From the IMG/VR virus record IMGVR_UViG_3300031673_016563, positions 1-56,051 of that record: DNA of 56,051 bases; one strand, given 5' to 3'. Origin of the DNA: a virus (Duplodnaviria; Caudoviricetes). The notes below the pieces were generated by a model. That model had not been told where the DNA came from. It did not search any database and saw only the letters and a program-made list of their open reading frames with translations. Shown here piece by piece: positions 36,664 to 46,054 of the stretch. Position 1 is the first letter of the stretch. Each line of letters opens with the position of its first letter. The position numbers and the translations under genes are program-made.

Positions 36664-37620
36664 ATGGGTGAATTTATTTTAGATGAGATATCTTTAGATC
36701 CATTTGAGGTTGAGGATAATTTACTATCTCTTGATTCAGATGAGCCTAATATGGATAGTGACTTTATGGAGCTAGAGTATGGGGATGAGATTAATATTGA
36801 TTCCCCAATCAGAGAGAAGAGTCCCGAACAGTTATCAGAAGAGATTGAGGATTTATTTATATCTCTATTGGCTCAAGATGATATAAATACTATTCTGGCT
36901 TTAACGGGAGAATCTCCTTATGCTACTGATGTAGTATCCGAGGATTTTTTTAAGGGGTTTACAGGGTCTTATATGCAAGCAGTGTTATTTAATCCGGCTA
37001 TTAAATGGTATTCAAAATTATTGAAGATGTTACCTGAGGGTAAGTTTGCAATAGAGGGTGGAAATCTTAAATTAAAGATATCTCCTCAATTTTTTAAGAA
37101 AACCTTATATCCTTTCCTTGGAGATTTTAAAATTGGATTACGTGAGGATTCTCCTATCGTAAATTTGATATACAATTTAGCAGAATCAGTAAAAGATAAG
37201 AGTGTTCAGGATAATTTAGATATTCTGAATCAAACTCAGAAATCTCGATCCTTAGAAGAAGATGGATTAAATCCGGGGAGTATGGATTTTCAGGATAGTA
37301 TGTTAGATACTCAATCGGTGGAGGCCGATTTGACCTTAGATGATTCCGATTCTTTAGGAGGAACTAGTTTTGATTTTACGGATAATAATTCAATCAATAT
37401 AAAGCTTCAGGATCTTGCGAATAAGACTATATCTCAATACTTGATTGAGCATAACGTTGTTGACCAAGAGATGATTGTCAATAAATTATCGGAAGAGGGT
37501 TTTCCAAGACGGAGAATTCACGAGATTTTAGGTATTATGAATTATATGCTTTTAGAGGATTCCTTACCAAGACAGATGGGAAATAAGGGTGGCGGCAATA
37601 TTGAGTTCAGCTACAGGTAA
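36664..37620 (+). CDS. acidic hypothetical protein
   Basis: SD upstream, 318 aa ORF. Confidence 0.65.
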   Translation: MGEFILDEISLDPFEVEDNLLSLDSDEPNMDSDFMELEYGDEINIDSPIREKSPEQLSEEIEDLFISLLAQDDINTILALTGESPYATDVVSEDFFKGFTGSYMQAVLFNPAIKWYSKLLKMLPEGKFAIEGGNLKLKISPQFFKKTLYPFLGDFKIGLREDSPIVNLIYNLAESVKDKSVQDNLDILNQTQKSRSLEEDGLNPGSMDFQDSMLDTQSVEADLTLDDSDSLGGTSFDFTDNNSINIKLQDLANKTISQYLIEHNVVDQEMIVNKLSEEGFPRRRIHEILGIMNYMLLEDSLPRQMGNKGGGNIEFSYR

Positions 37621-37626
37621 CACGTT

Positions 37627-38190
37627 ATGAAAGAAAATAGAGATAATATAAAAGTCCTTAAAGGGAACAAGCCTAATAAATTTCCGGAGTCTCCAAATAT
37701 GTCTTTGGAGGAAATTGAAAAAGATAGACAAATATTTAAAGATTTCTTGTTGAATATTCAAGAAAAAGATACCTCATTTCAGGACAAAATGGATGAGGTT
37801 CTTAAGATGAATGCTACAATAGTACCCTATATCTTTCAAGAGCTCACTAGTGATTTTCCGGATTTAGATAGGGCTGCGGTAGCCTCAAAGGCTATGAGTT
37901 CAATAAAAGAAATTTGTAATGTGATCATTAAGAAAAGAGATATGGAGATATCCGATGATATTAATCCGAATTCTGCTAAATTTCAAGCTGTATTCGGATG
38001 GTTTATGGAATTGATTCATGATGTTATTTCCAGGCAAGGCTTGGATACAATACAAATTAATAATATTTTCAGTGAGATTTCAATTGAATTATCAGGATGG
38101 GAAGAGATCATCTTGAAAAAATTGAAAGGATTATCGGCCAAAGCCTTGGCCGAGGTTAAAAACCCATTATTAAAAACAGAAGGGAAGTAA
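37627..38190 (+). CDS. helical hypothetical protein, candidate small terminase
   Basis: size and position upstream of terL only. Confidence 0.4.
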   Translation: MKENRDNIKVLKGNKPNKFPESPNMSLEEIEKDRQIFKDFLLNIQEKDTSFQDKMDEVLKMNATIVPYIFQELTSDFPDLDRAAVASKAMSSIKEICNVIIKKRDMEISDDINPNSAKFQAVFGWFMELIHDVISRQGLDTIQINNIFSEISIELSGWEEIILKKLKGLSAKALAEVKNPLLKTEGK

Positions 38191-38194
38191 AAAA

Positions 38195-38467
38195 ATGAAT
38201 TATGATGTGGACAAGTTTGTATCAGATTTAAAAGAAGTAAGCAATATGGGGAAAGTTTCGCAAGCATCTAAAAGTAAGGTTGCAGATTTAAGTATGATTA
38301 ATGAGCAGATTAAGAATATTGAAGGACAAATGAAGAATGTTGTATCTTTCGTGTCTAAATCAAACTTAAAGAGAGCCTTAGTATATGCTGAAATAGTTCA
38401 GACTTCTGCGGACTTATTAGTCGATAGTATATATGAAGAAAGAGAAAAGGAAAAGGAGAATAAATAG
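38195..38467 (+). CDS. hypothetical protein
   Basis: 90 aa ORF. Confidence 0.6.
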   Translation: MNYDVDKFVSDLKEVSNMGKVSQASKSKVADLSMINEQIKNIEGQMKNVVSFVSKSNLKRALVYAEIVQTSADLLVDSIYEEREKEKENK

Positions 38468-38503
38468 GTCATAACTCAATGTTGAGGATGGTGCGGATGT
38501 TAC

Positions 38504-38638
38504 AGGTTAAGAAGGTAGGTTAAGAAGGTAGGTTAAAGGGGATGAGCATAATATATTATGCTCATCCCAAAAATAAATATACTGAGAGTAATATACAAAG
38601 TAGGTTAATGAGGTAGGTTAATGAGGTAGGTTAAAGGG
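38504..38638. repeat. two arrays of 13-bp tandem repeats flanking a perfect 30-bp palindrome
   Basis: AGGTTAA cores at 38504/38517/38530 and 38602/38615/38628; GGGATGAGCATAATA|TATTATGCTCATCCC at 38539-38568. Confidence 0.9.
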
Positions 38639-38654
38639 AAATTAATTTTAAGCA

Positions 38655-40574
38655 ATGTCATTATCATCAAGAGCAAAAAAATATTCTTCCAATGTATCCG
38701 ATCTAGATGTAATTGAATTCGCTACAAGTGCTCAAGGTTTAAATATAAATCTATTTCCGACACAAATATTTTTCTTAAAGTTGTTCGATAAAATACCCTT
38801 AGATAATAAAATAAAATCCATCAGTATTCGGGATCGATTCAATAAAAAAACACTCCAAACTCTAACCGAGGTTGAGTATTATAATTATCTTTTGGATGAT
38901 GGGCGTATATCTCTACCCTATGAGGAATATATGGCTCATGACGTTATTCAGATAATGCTTGCTATAGGGCGAAGGGGTACTAAATCAACCACCATATGCA
39001 CCTGGGTTGCGCATAAGGTGTATAAGATTCTCAATATTTACAGACCTCAGGAATATTTCGGTATCATCTTGACAGATAGTATGAATATTACTATGACCGC
39101 TTTAGGTCAAGATAATGCGAATAAGCTCTTCAAGAAATTTTATGGTATAATGAGGGGGGCTCCATTTTTTAGACCTCATATGCTTGAAAAACCTTCTTCA
39201 AATAGGTTGAGATTATGGACTAAGTATGATCTTGATCAATTAAATTCCAAAACAAGTCCGGGGACTTATTCCAATAGTATAGACATTTATTCTTTACCAA
39301 ATACACCGGGTGTTCGTGGAGACAATAATATCTATGTTATTATGGATGAGTTTGCACACTTTATGAATTCGGCGGGATCATCTAGAGAAAAGCCTATGGA
39401 TGATCTAATATATGAGGCGTTGACTCCCTCGGTATCAGGTTTCAAAAATCCAGACGGATCTCCTTTTGGTAAGACTCTTATATTATCCTCTCCAAATGGT
39501 AAAAAGGGTAAATTCTTTGAGGAGTATGATAGTGCTTTTGAATTGGGTGCGGATTCAGGCACTTTAGCATTGCGGGCTCCAACATGGGAAACTAACCCAG
39601 ATGTATCCCCAATATATTTAGAGAAAAAATATTTAAAGAATGCTACTTTGTATTTCCAGGAATTCGGGGCGGAGTTTGTTGAGGGAGGGGATAGATGGAT
39701 AAAGGAGTTAGGAAAATTTTACGCCTGTTTCAATAAAACGGCAGATCCTCAAAGATATGCGGGGGAGTACTCTAAGAAGTATTTCATGGGAGCGGATTTT
39801 GCTCTATCCCATGATGGTACTGCGGTGGCTATCTCTCATTATGAGCCCAATTATATTATGACTAAGGCGGATTATCCTTCCGAAGTATTTTCATATGATG
39901 AAGAATTAGCCGAATATTTTGAGAAAAATGAAACCTTAGTGCAACCGAGAATCGTAGTGGATTATGCTGAGGTGAGATATGCGGGATGTCCTCCTTGGGA
40001 AGATCATAGTGTTTTATTGATAGATGAGTTGCTTGATTGGGTAGAGGATTTATTTAAGAGATGGCCGATTCAATGTGGGATATATGATCAATGGTCAGGT
40101 GAGATTATAAATCAGATGCTTCAGAATAGAGGTCTCAAAAGATTGGATATGCTGAATCATACTGCGCTAATAAATGACAGCATGTATAAATTGTTTTCTA
40201 TGGTGATGCATCAAACTCAATTAATAATGCCCTGGTTTAAAGATTTGGAGAAAGAGTTATTAGCCTTACAATGTTATATTAGGAATCAAGGGGTAATCAA
40301 GGTGGAAGCTCCGGCGGGGAAAACGAATCATGATGATATGTTTTCGGCTTTAATACGATCAGTATATCTTTGCTATTCTTACATAAAAAAGAATAAGGTT
40401 CTGGCAGGATCATTACCTATGCTATTCAAAGATGGTAAATTGGTTGAGGCTTTGAATAAGTTTAAAAATGTTCAGAATTACGGCCAGTATAGAACCTTAC
40501 AGAAGATGTATCATAAGACCAATACAGGGCGGGAAGTTAAAAATAGGGGTACAGGAAGATCTATAACTAGATAA
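38655..40574 (+). CDS. terL: terminase large subunit
   Basis: GRRGTKS Walker A, VIMDEFAH Walker B, LSSPNG, PTWE.NP, F.QEFGAEF, nuclease MGAD..SHDG, YDQW, HDD. Confidence 0.92.
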   Translation: MSLSSRAKKYSSNVSDLDVIEFATSAQGLNINLFPTQIFFLKLFDKIPLDNKIKSISIRDRFNKKTLQTLTEVEYYNYLLDDGRISLPYEEYMAHDVIQIMLAIGRRGTKSTTICTWVAHKVYKILNIYRPQEYFGIILTDSMNITMTALGQDNANKLFKKFYGIMRGAPFFRPHMLEKPSSNRLRLWTKYDLDQLNSKTSPGTYSNSIDIYSLPNTPGVRGDNNIYVIMDEFAHFMNSAGSSREKPMDDLIYEALTPSVSGFKNPDGSPFGKTLILSSPNGKKGKFFEEYDSAFELGADSGTLALRAPTWETNPDVSPIYLEKKYLKNATLYFQEFGAEFVEGGDRWIKELGKFYACFNKTADPQRYAGEYSKKYFMGADFALSHDGTAVAISHYEPNYIMTKADYPSEVFSYDEELAEYFEKNETLVQPRIVVDYAEVRYAGCPPWEDHSVLLIDELLDWVEDLFKRWPIQCGIYDQWSGEIINQMLQNRGLKRLDMLNHTALINDSMYKLFSMVMHQTQLIMPWFKDLEKELLALQCYIRNQGVIKVEAPAGKTNHDDMFSALIRSVYLCYSYIKKNKVLAGSLPMLFKDGKLVEALNKFKNVQNYGQYRTLQKMYHKTNTGREVKNRGTGRSITR

Positions 40575-40625
40575 ATTTGATAGAGATAATAAACACATTA
40601 TAAAAGATTTGTAGTAAACTACAAT

Positions 40626-40649
40626 AGGTGAGGTGAGGTGAGGTGAGGT
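40626..40649 (+). repeat. tandem GAGGT pentamers forming a reiterated Shine-Dalgarno
   Basis: AGGT GAGGT GAGGT GAGGT GAGGT directly before the portal ATG. Confidence 0.8.
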
Positions 40650-42572
40650 ATGGAGAATAAAAATTCTAATTTGAGAAATAAAGTAAAAATAAGTCCGATA
40701 GAGCGTAAGTTAAAGGGTTTAGATTTGAAAGATAGGAGTCTCGTGAATAGGAGGAAAGCAAAGGCTTCTAAGGAGACATCTATAGAAAAGAATATTACAC
40801 AGAAACCTGGGGATAAGTTTGAACCACATATAGCTACAGGAATACACAGCTTAAAAAGTAAGAATGCTTTTGATATATCCTCATTATCCTCTCATTTGTC
40901 AAATATTGGATTAGATACTCAAGAGGATGATTTTGACTTATTAGACTTGTACGCTTCACATATCATTGAATTACTCAATGAGGGGGTATATATCTTTGCA
41001 AATTTGACCAAACATGAAAGATTTATATTATTTAGATATTTTTACAAGACTAATCCAGTATTAGGTAGAATTATGGATATTCATACTGAGATTCCAATAT
41101 CCAAGTTAAGATTACAGGCCCCTAAAAATTGTCCCGAAATAGTTAAGGATTATATAGTTCAATATTATGAGAAAATATTTGAGGGATTAAATCTTACTGA
41201 AGTGTTAAGGGATTTAGCCTTACATTATTGGGTCTATGGGGAGGCTTATTGTTTAGTTGATGATTATTACAAGAAGTTTGATCGTAAATTGCAAGACCTG
41301 AGAACTATTGATGAGAAGATATATGTTCAATCGGAAGAGGATATGGCCTTTATGGAGAAAGTGGAGGATGCATATAAAGAAGATCCGGATAGCATTGGAC
41401 TAAGTGATAGGTTCAAATATTTGGATAAGAAATTTGGGGGTTTCTTCGTTAAAGGATATACAGGTCCGGATAGAATTAGAGTGCTTAAATTCTATAATAT
41501 TATGGAATATTATCATAATGAAGATATTGACTTCGAGGCAATAAGAGTCCAGATAAGTAATGGCCTTAAAGAACTGGTGGATGAGGGTACAACGGAAGAA
41601 GACCTTTTGGAGATGGGGTATACTCCTGGATATCTGGATTTGATTTCAAACCCAGAGAATACTTCAAGTAATTCGGTCTTGATAGAAAATAATACAAATT
41701 CGGGGGAACCTTTTATATTTATATTTAAAAGATATGAATCTACTTCCGTAATGCAAAGGGTATTTGAGGCTTGTCTTGGGTGGGAAAATTCCAAACGAGC
41801 TTTGAAGGCTAAAATAAATCAAGTGGGAAAGCTTGGCAGGATTGTAACATCAGAAGGTTTGGGGGAGGAGCAGACTGAGTTACTTAAGATAGAAGTTGAG
41901 CAAATGTTGAGTGACCCTAATCATGCTATTGTTGCTAACTACCCAATCGATTGGGCGGAGGTTAATAATTTTATTAAAGAGGAACTTAATGAGCTTATTC
42001 AATCCACTAATGATTTGAAAGAAGAGATTGCTATGGGTATGGGCGTACCCGATTCTTTGATCTCAGGGGATTCCCAATATAGTGGGGATAATATCAAGCT
42101 TGATATTCTCAATAATCAATATTTTTCTTTCAAGGTTATGATGCAGAATCTCTTAGAGGATAATATTCTTAAACCAATAGCCTTAAGAAAAGGATTCATA
42201 AGTGTTGATGTTTGGGGGAGTCCTGCATTATTATATCCAAAACTTACATTTTCAAGAGTATCCTTGAGATCCGAGGATTATTTTGATCTTTTGTTTGATT
42301 TATACCAGAAGAATAGTTTACCAATTTCTGTTATTTATGAGATGTTGAACCTTGATGTGGATGATGTCACGAGAGCTATTCAAGAGGATCTATTTACTTT
42401 AAAGGACGCTACTTTTAATGATTTGGTTAGGGATATATACGGTCAGATATCGGATTCTATTGTATCCAAGACTGATTTGGTTGAAAAGATCATTGAGGGT
42501 CTAGGATTACCAAGGAAAAAAGAAGAAGGTATAGAGCAGAATATGGAGGATAAGGATTGGGGTAATGCGTAA
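40650..42572 (+). CDS. portal protein
   Basis: follows terL; RYFY..NP.....MDIH.E.PIS, YWVYGEA, GMGVP.SL..G...YS, ILKPIA. Confidence 0.8.
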   Translation: MENKNSNLRNKVKISPIERKLKGLDLKDRSLVNRRKAKASKETSIEKNITQKPGDKFEPHIATGIHSLKSKNAFDISSLSSHLSNIGLDTQEDDFDLLDLYASHIIELLNEGVYIFANLTKHERFILFRYFYKTNPVLGRIMDIHTEIPISKLRLQAPKNCPEIVKDYIVQYYEKIFEGLNLTEVLRDLALHYWVYGEAYCLVDDYYKKFDRKLQDLRTIDEKIYVQSEEDMAFMEKVEDAYKEDPDSIGLSDRFKYLDKKFGGFFVKGYTGPDRIRVLKFYNIMEYYHNEDIDFEAIRVQISNGLKELVDEGTTEEDLLEMGYTPGYLDLISNPENTSSNSVLIENNTNSGEPFIFIFKRYESTSVMQRVFEACLGWENSKRALKAKINQVGKLGRIVTSEGLGEEQTELLKIEVEQMLSDPNHAIVANYPIDWAEVNNFIKEELNELIQSTNDLKEEIAMGMGVPDSLISGDSQYSGDNIKLDILNNQYFSFKVMMQNLLEDNILKPIALRKGFISVDVWGSPALLYPKLTFSRVSLRSEDYFDLLFDLYQKNSLPISVIYEMLNLDVDDVTRAIQEDLFTLKDATFNDLVRDIYGQISDSIVSKTDLVEKIIEGLGLPRKKEEGIEQNMEDKDWGNA

Positions 42573-42723
42573 ATTAAATATAATATCCGAGAACTTATTC
42601 CATAAAGCCCCTAGAAAAAATCCTCCTAGATACGATTTAAGGAAACATAAAAATTTGGATGATCCTGATTTTGAGGAATTAGAGGAAGAAAAAGATCCAG
42701 ATCTGGAAACAAAAAGCTCTTAA
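42565..42723 (+). CDS. small protein with MRKLNII N-terminal motif (52 aa, not in ORF track)
   Basis: MRKLNIISENLFHKAPRKNPPRYDLRKH...DPDLETKSS; overlaps portal stop. Confidence 0.65.
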   Translation: MRKLNIISENLFHKAPRKNPPRYDLRKHKNLDDPDFEELEEEKDPDLETKSS

Positions 42724-42776
42724 TTTGTTAATTATACTATATTTAGGTATATTTGATTTGGAGGTAATTTTAAAAT

Positions 42777-43538
42777 ATGGGATTCAAGGTTATAGCAAGT
42801 GGTAGGAAAACGGGTACACAAAGTATTGCTAAAGATGTGGCCACGATTGAGTTATCCTCAAATGATTTTATATTCTCCCAAGCTTCTATAGTAACCTCGG
42901 CTATGGTTGAACCTAATTCTTATAAGATTCATCCCAGTACAGCAAGATTTATTAATAATAACGGGGATGGGTGGACGAATGAGGCGTTGAAGAATAACTA
43001 TGATTCTTTCATTGGAGCATATAACTTTGTAAATCATGTTCAAGAACATGATAAAGCGGTGGGGTTTGTTGGTGATGCTATCTCAAGAAGGATTATTATA
43101 GATCCTGAAGATAATATTTATGTCCGTTACATAGAGATTCTTATTGCGACAAGTAGAGATTTTCAAACTTTGGTTAATAAGATACTAAAGGATGATATTA
43201 AATATCTGTCTATGGGTTGTGAGGCTGAGACTTCACAATGTTCCTATTGTGGGGAAGTTTTTGAGGATGAGGAACTATGCGATCATTTAGCTTATTCTAA
43301 GGGTAAGTATTATATTGATCCTAATTCAGGTAAAAAAAGAATTATAGCTGAATTATTAGGAAATGAAAAGAAGGGTTCGATTGAATTTATAGAGGCTTCT
43401 TATTTGACACAAGTTCCGGCTTCGGGTATGGCTGTTAAACGTCATGTTCTTCCTATACCTCCCGGATGTAATGTTCAGATTTTTATGTCTAAAAGTGCAA
43501 TTGAAAAAAAAGCGGTTCAGAAATTTGTGAAAAGTTAA
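42777..43538 (+). CDS. putative prohead protease
   Basis: between portal and scaffold; NNNGD, FVNH, G...DA, LSMGC....CSYCG...CDHL, FIEAS...PA. Confidence 0.7.
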   Translation: MGFKVIASGRKTGTQSIAKDVATIELSSNDFIFSQASIVTSAMVEPNSYKIHPSTARFINNNGDGWTNEALKNNYDSFIGAYNFVNHVQEHDKAVGFVGDAISRRIIIDPEDNIYVRYIEILIATSRDFQTLVNKILKDDIKYLSMGCEAETSQCSYCGEVFEDEELCDHLAYSKGKYYIDPNSGKKRIIAELLGNEKKGSIEFIEASYLTQVPASGMAVKRHVLPIPPGCNVQIFMSKSAIEKKAVQKFVKS

Positions 43539-43590
43539 AGTTATTTCGTTAAGTGGTATAATAATTAATTTGTGTAAAGGAGATTATTAA

Positions 43591-44475
43591 ATGATCAAAA
43601 GATTTAGTGATTCAGTAACTAGTAACAAAAAGAAAGAGTCCGCTCAAGTTCGTAGAGCTAAACTCTTGGTAGCATCTGTGAAGAATACAGATTCAGAAAT
43701 TAGTAAAACGGATAAGGTTGTGAATAGTGTATTCGCTTCTTTTAATGATCCTAATAGGAAATTTCAAGAGTCTCAGATTAAAAAGGCTATTGTGGCATTT
43801 TCAAAAATGGAGTGTTCTTTAGCTAAGTTATATAAGGGTTCGTATACTAACCTAAAGGTTGCACTTAACGATGCATTACCAATCGAGCGTATTGCTTCCC
43901 ACATTGAGGATTTGGCTGGATTACGAGCAAAATTAGCTATTCTTAAAGCGAATGCCGCCGCCTCCTTAGGTTTTGTTGGTGAAGAGATTGATGATGAGTT
44001 TGTTGAGATGGATGAGGCTGGATTTGATGTAAGTGGTGTAGATGAGATGGATGATGGTGTTATAGAGGATGAGGAGGAAGAGATTCCTGAGGCTCCTGTA
44101 GCCGCTGAAGCTCCTGTAGCCGCTGAAGCTCCTGTAGCCGCTGAAGCTCCTGTAGCCGCTGAAGCTCCTGTAGCTGCTGAGGAAATCATTGAGGATAACT
44201 TAGAGGGTTTAGAGGACTTAGAGGAGGATGAGTTTGTAGAGGATGATGAGTTATCCGATTCTATTGAATTAGAAGATTCTGGTATTGATGATATGTTGGG
44301 GCAGGATATCTTAGGCGATGAGTTTGTAGAGGATGAAGAGGATGATATGGAATTATCAGCCTCAGCTTCTTTAAAGAATAAGAAAATGGCGTCCGCTAAA
44401 GTTCAGTCCGGGGGAGTAGCTAATCTCAGTGAGGATAAAATTTTGGCCGGATTAATGGATGAATTGATGATTTAA
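43591..44475 (+). CDS. putative scaffold protein, acidic with EAPVAA repeat
   Basis: position; D/E-rich low complexity; 18-bp repeat x5 near 44089-44180. Confidence 0.55.
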   Translation: MIKRFSDSVTSNKKKESAQVRRAKLLVASVKNTDSEISKTDKVVNSVFASFNDPNRKFQESQIKKAIVAFSKMECSLAKLYKGSYTNLKVALNDALPIERIASHIEDLAGLRAKLAILKANAAASLGFVGEEIDDEFVEMDEAGFDVSGVDEMDDGVIEDEEEEIPEAPVAAEAPVAAEAPVAAEAPVAAEAPVAAEEIIEDNLEGLEDLEEDEFVEDDELSDSIELEDSGIDDMLGQDILGDEFVEDEEDDMELSASASLKNKKMASAKVQSGGVANLSEDKILAGLMDELMI

Positions 44476-44551
44476 CAATGGTTTAATAAAGATTTAATTA
44501 GGAATCATATAGTTAGATTCTAAATAATCAAAATTATAAGGAGGAATAAAT

Positions 44552-45019
44552 ATGTTACAAGTTTTGCACAAGGGATTACAAATTAGTTTGGATCTTGATA
44601 CTTCAAGTTTCACGGGCGATGCTGAGACTGATGCAGCTTTGGCTTATATCCAAGGTCTTGATGCTGGCCGTGTTGCGGGGTATAATGTAAGTGGCTATGC
44701 TGCTTTGGCCGATGGCGCAATAGCTAATGCTATTTTACCTATTGGATTTATCATAAATGATGCAGCGGGAAATTTCTTTGAGAATAAACCTGCTTTAGCT
44801 TCTAAAAAGATCGCTGTCACATTTGGAAATTGTGTCGTGATTACGGATCAGATTGATACAACTCTTACATTTACCCCTGGTGAAAAGGTGTATGTTGGTA
44901 CCTCCACAAAAGTTGGTTTGATTACTAATATCCAACCTACCAACGCAAGATGTATTGGTATCACGATGAGCTCCGCAACCTCTGCGGCTCCAAATTTAAC
45001 AATTGCTGTATTAGGTTAA
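44552..45019 (+). CDS. putative capsid decoration protein
   Basis: small Gly/Ala/Thr-rich beta protein directly before the capsid gene. Confidence 0.55.
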   Translation: MLQVLHKGLQISLDLDTSSFTGDAETDAALAYIQGLDAGRVAGYNVSGYAALADGAIANAILPIGFIINDAAGNFFENKPALASKKIAVTFGNCVVITDQIDTTLTFTPGEKVYVGTSTKVGLITNIQPTNARCIGITMSSATSAAPNLTIAVLG

Positions 45020-45056
45020 TAAGTTTAATTTATAGAATATAAGGAGATAAAGTAAT

Positions 45057-45923
45057 ATGAAACAAGTAAATGCTGCACAAAGACATAAATTAATGACTAA
45101 GCTTTTGGCTACAACTAAGGGGCGGAGTCGAATTGCTTCTTCTATGCAAGAACCTTTACGTCGATTAAGAGATTTTGTCTCTAACGGTCGTAAAATGTTG
45201 TTTGTGGATGAGCTTCCTGATGGGACTCTACCAATTTATGATAAGGATATTGATACTCCGGCATATGTGGTCGGTGAAGAGGCTGACTCTGTGGCTACTG
45301 TTGTAAAGGGTGAGAGAGTTCTTGCCCCTTTGTTTGAGTTGGCAAGTTGGCCTAAAGTTCCTTTTGTCCAGGTAAAAGAAAGAAGGTTCGATATCGTTCG
45401 CAGGATCAAACAAAAAGCCAAAGATGAGTTATTTCGTAAAGAGGATAACCTTATTATGACTGCTGCTACTACGGCGGCTGATGCTAATACTACTAATACT
45501 GTAATTGCTGAAACTGGTGCTGATTTTGATATGACCACTATCGTAGAAGCATTCGCAAAGATTGAGCGACACGGCCTTCGTGTTGATAAAATTTATTGTA
45601 ATCCTAATGAGTTTAGAGTATTTAGGAATGCAGGTCGAGATTACATGGATTTCGAAACACAACGTGAATTGTTACGTACAGGATTCATGGGGAGTGTGTA
45701 CGGTGCTCAAATATTTACCAATGTTGAGTTAACCGCTGGTAGAATGATTCTTGTGACTGAACCTGAATATCTCGGCGTGATACCCGTTCGTATTGATCTC
45801 ACGGTAATCCCCGCTGATGATCCTGGAAATAGATCATTCGGTTGGTCAATATTCGAGAACATAGGTATTTTGTACCATAACGCTGACTATGGATTGCAAG
45901 GTATAACAATTACATATAGTTAA
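45057..45923 (+). CDS. major capsid protein (HK97 fold, short form)
   Basis: PLR..RD....RK...VDELPDG..P.YD, PLFELAS.P, RRF....R, IERHGLRV, G.IPVR..LTV; strong SD and terminator. Confidence 0.85.
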   Translation: MKQVNAAQRHKLMTKLLATTKGRSRIASSMQEPLRRLRDFVSNGRKMLFVDELPDGTLPIYDKDIDTPAYVVGEEADSVATVVKGERVLAPLFELASWPKVPFVQVKERRFDIVRRIKQKAKDELFRKEDNLIMTAATTAADANTTNTVIAETGADFDMTTIVEAFAKIERHGLRVDKIYCNPNEFRVFRNAGRDYMDFETQRELLRTGFMGSVYGAQIFTNVELTAGRMILVTEPEYLGVIPVRIDLTVIPADDPGNRSFGWSIFENIGILYHNADYGLQGITITYS

Positions 45924-45947
45924 GAATATTAACTATATCTTAATAAG

Positions 45948-45990
45948 AAAACCCCTATGAGATCAATTCTCATAGGGGTTTTTAATTTTT
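45948..45990 (+). terminator. intrinsic terminator after capsid gene
   Basis: AAAACCCCTATGAGA-TCAAT-TCTCATAGGGGTTTT then T tract. Confidence 0.9.
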
Positions 45991-46001
45991 ATGGGGGTAA
46001 C

Positions 46002-46039
46002 TATAAAAATTTGTAAAGATAAATCGAATATATAATAAA
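46002..46039 (+). promoter_or_regulatory. conserved bipartite promoter-like motif, copy 6
   Basis: TATAAAAATTT...ATCGAATATATAATAAA, 21-nt offset. Confidence 0.6.
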
Positions 46040-46054
46040 GGGGGTGAAATATAA

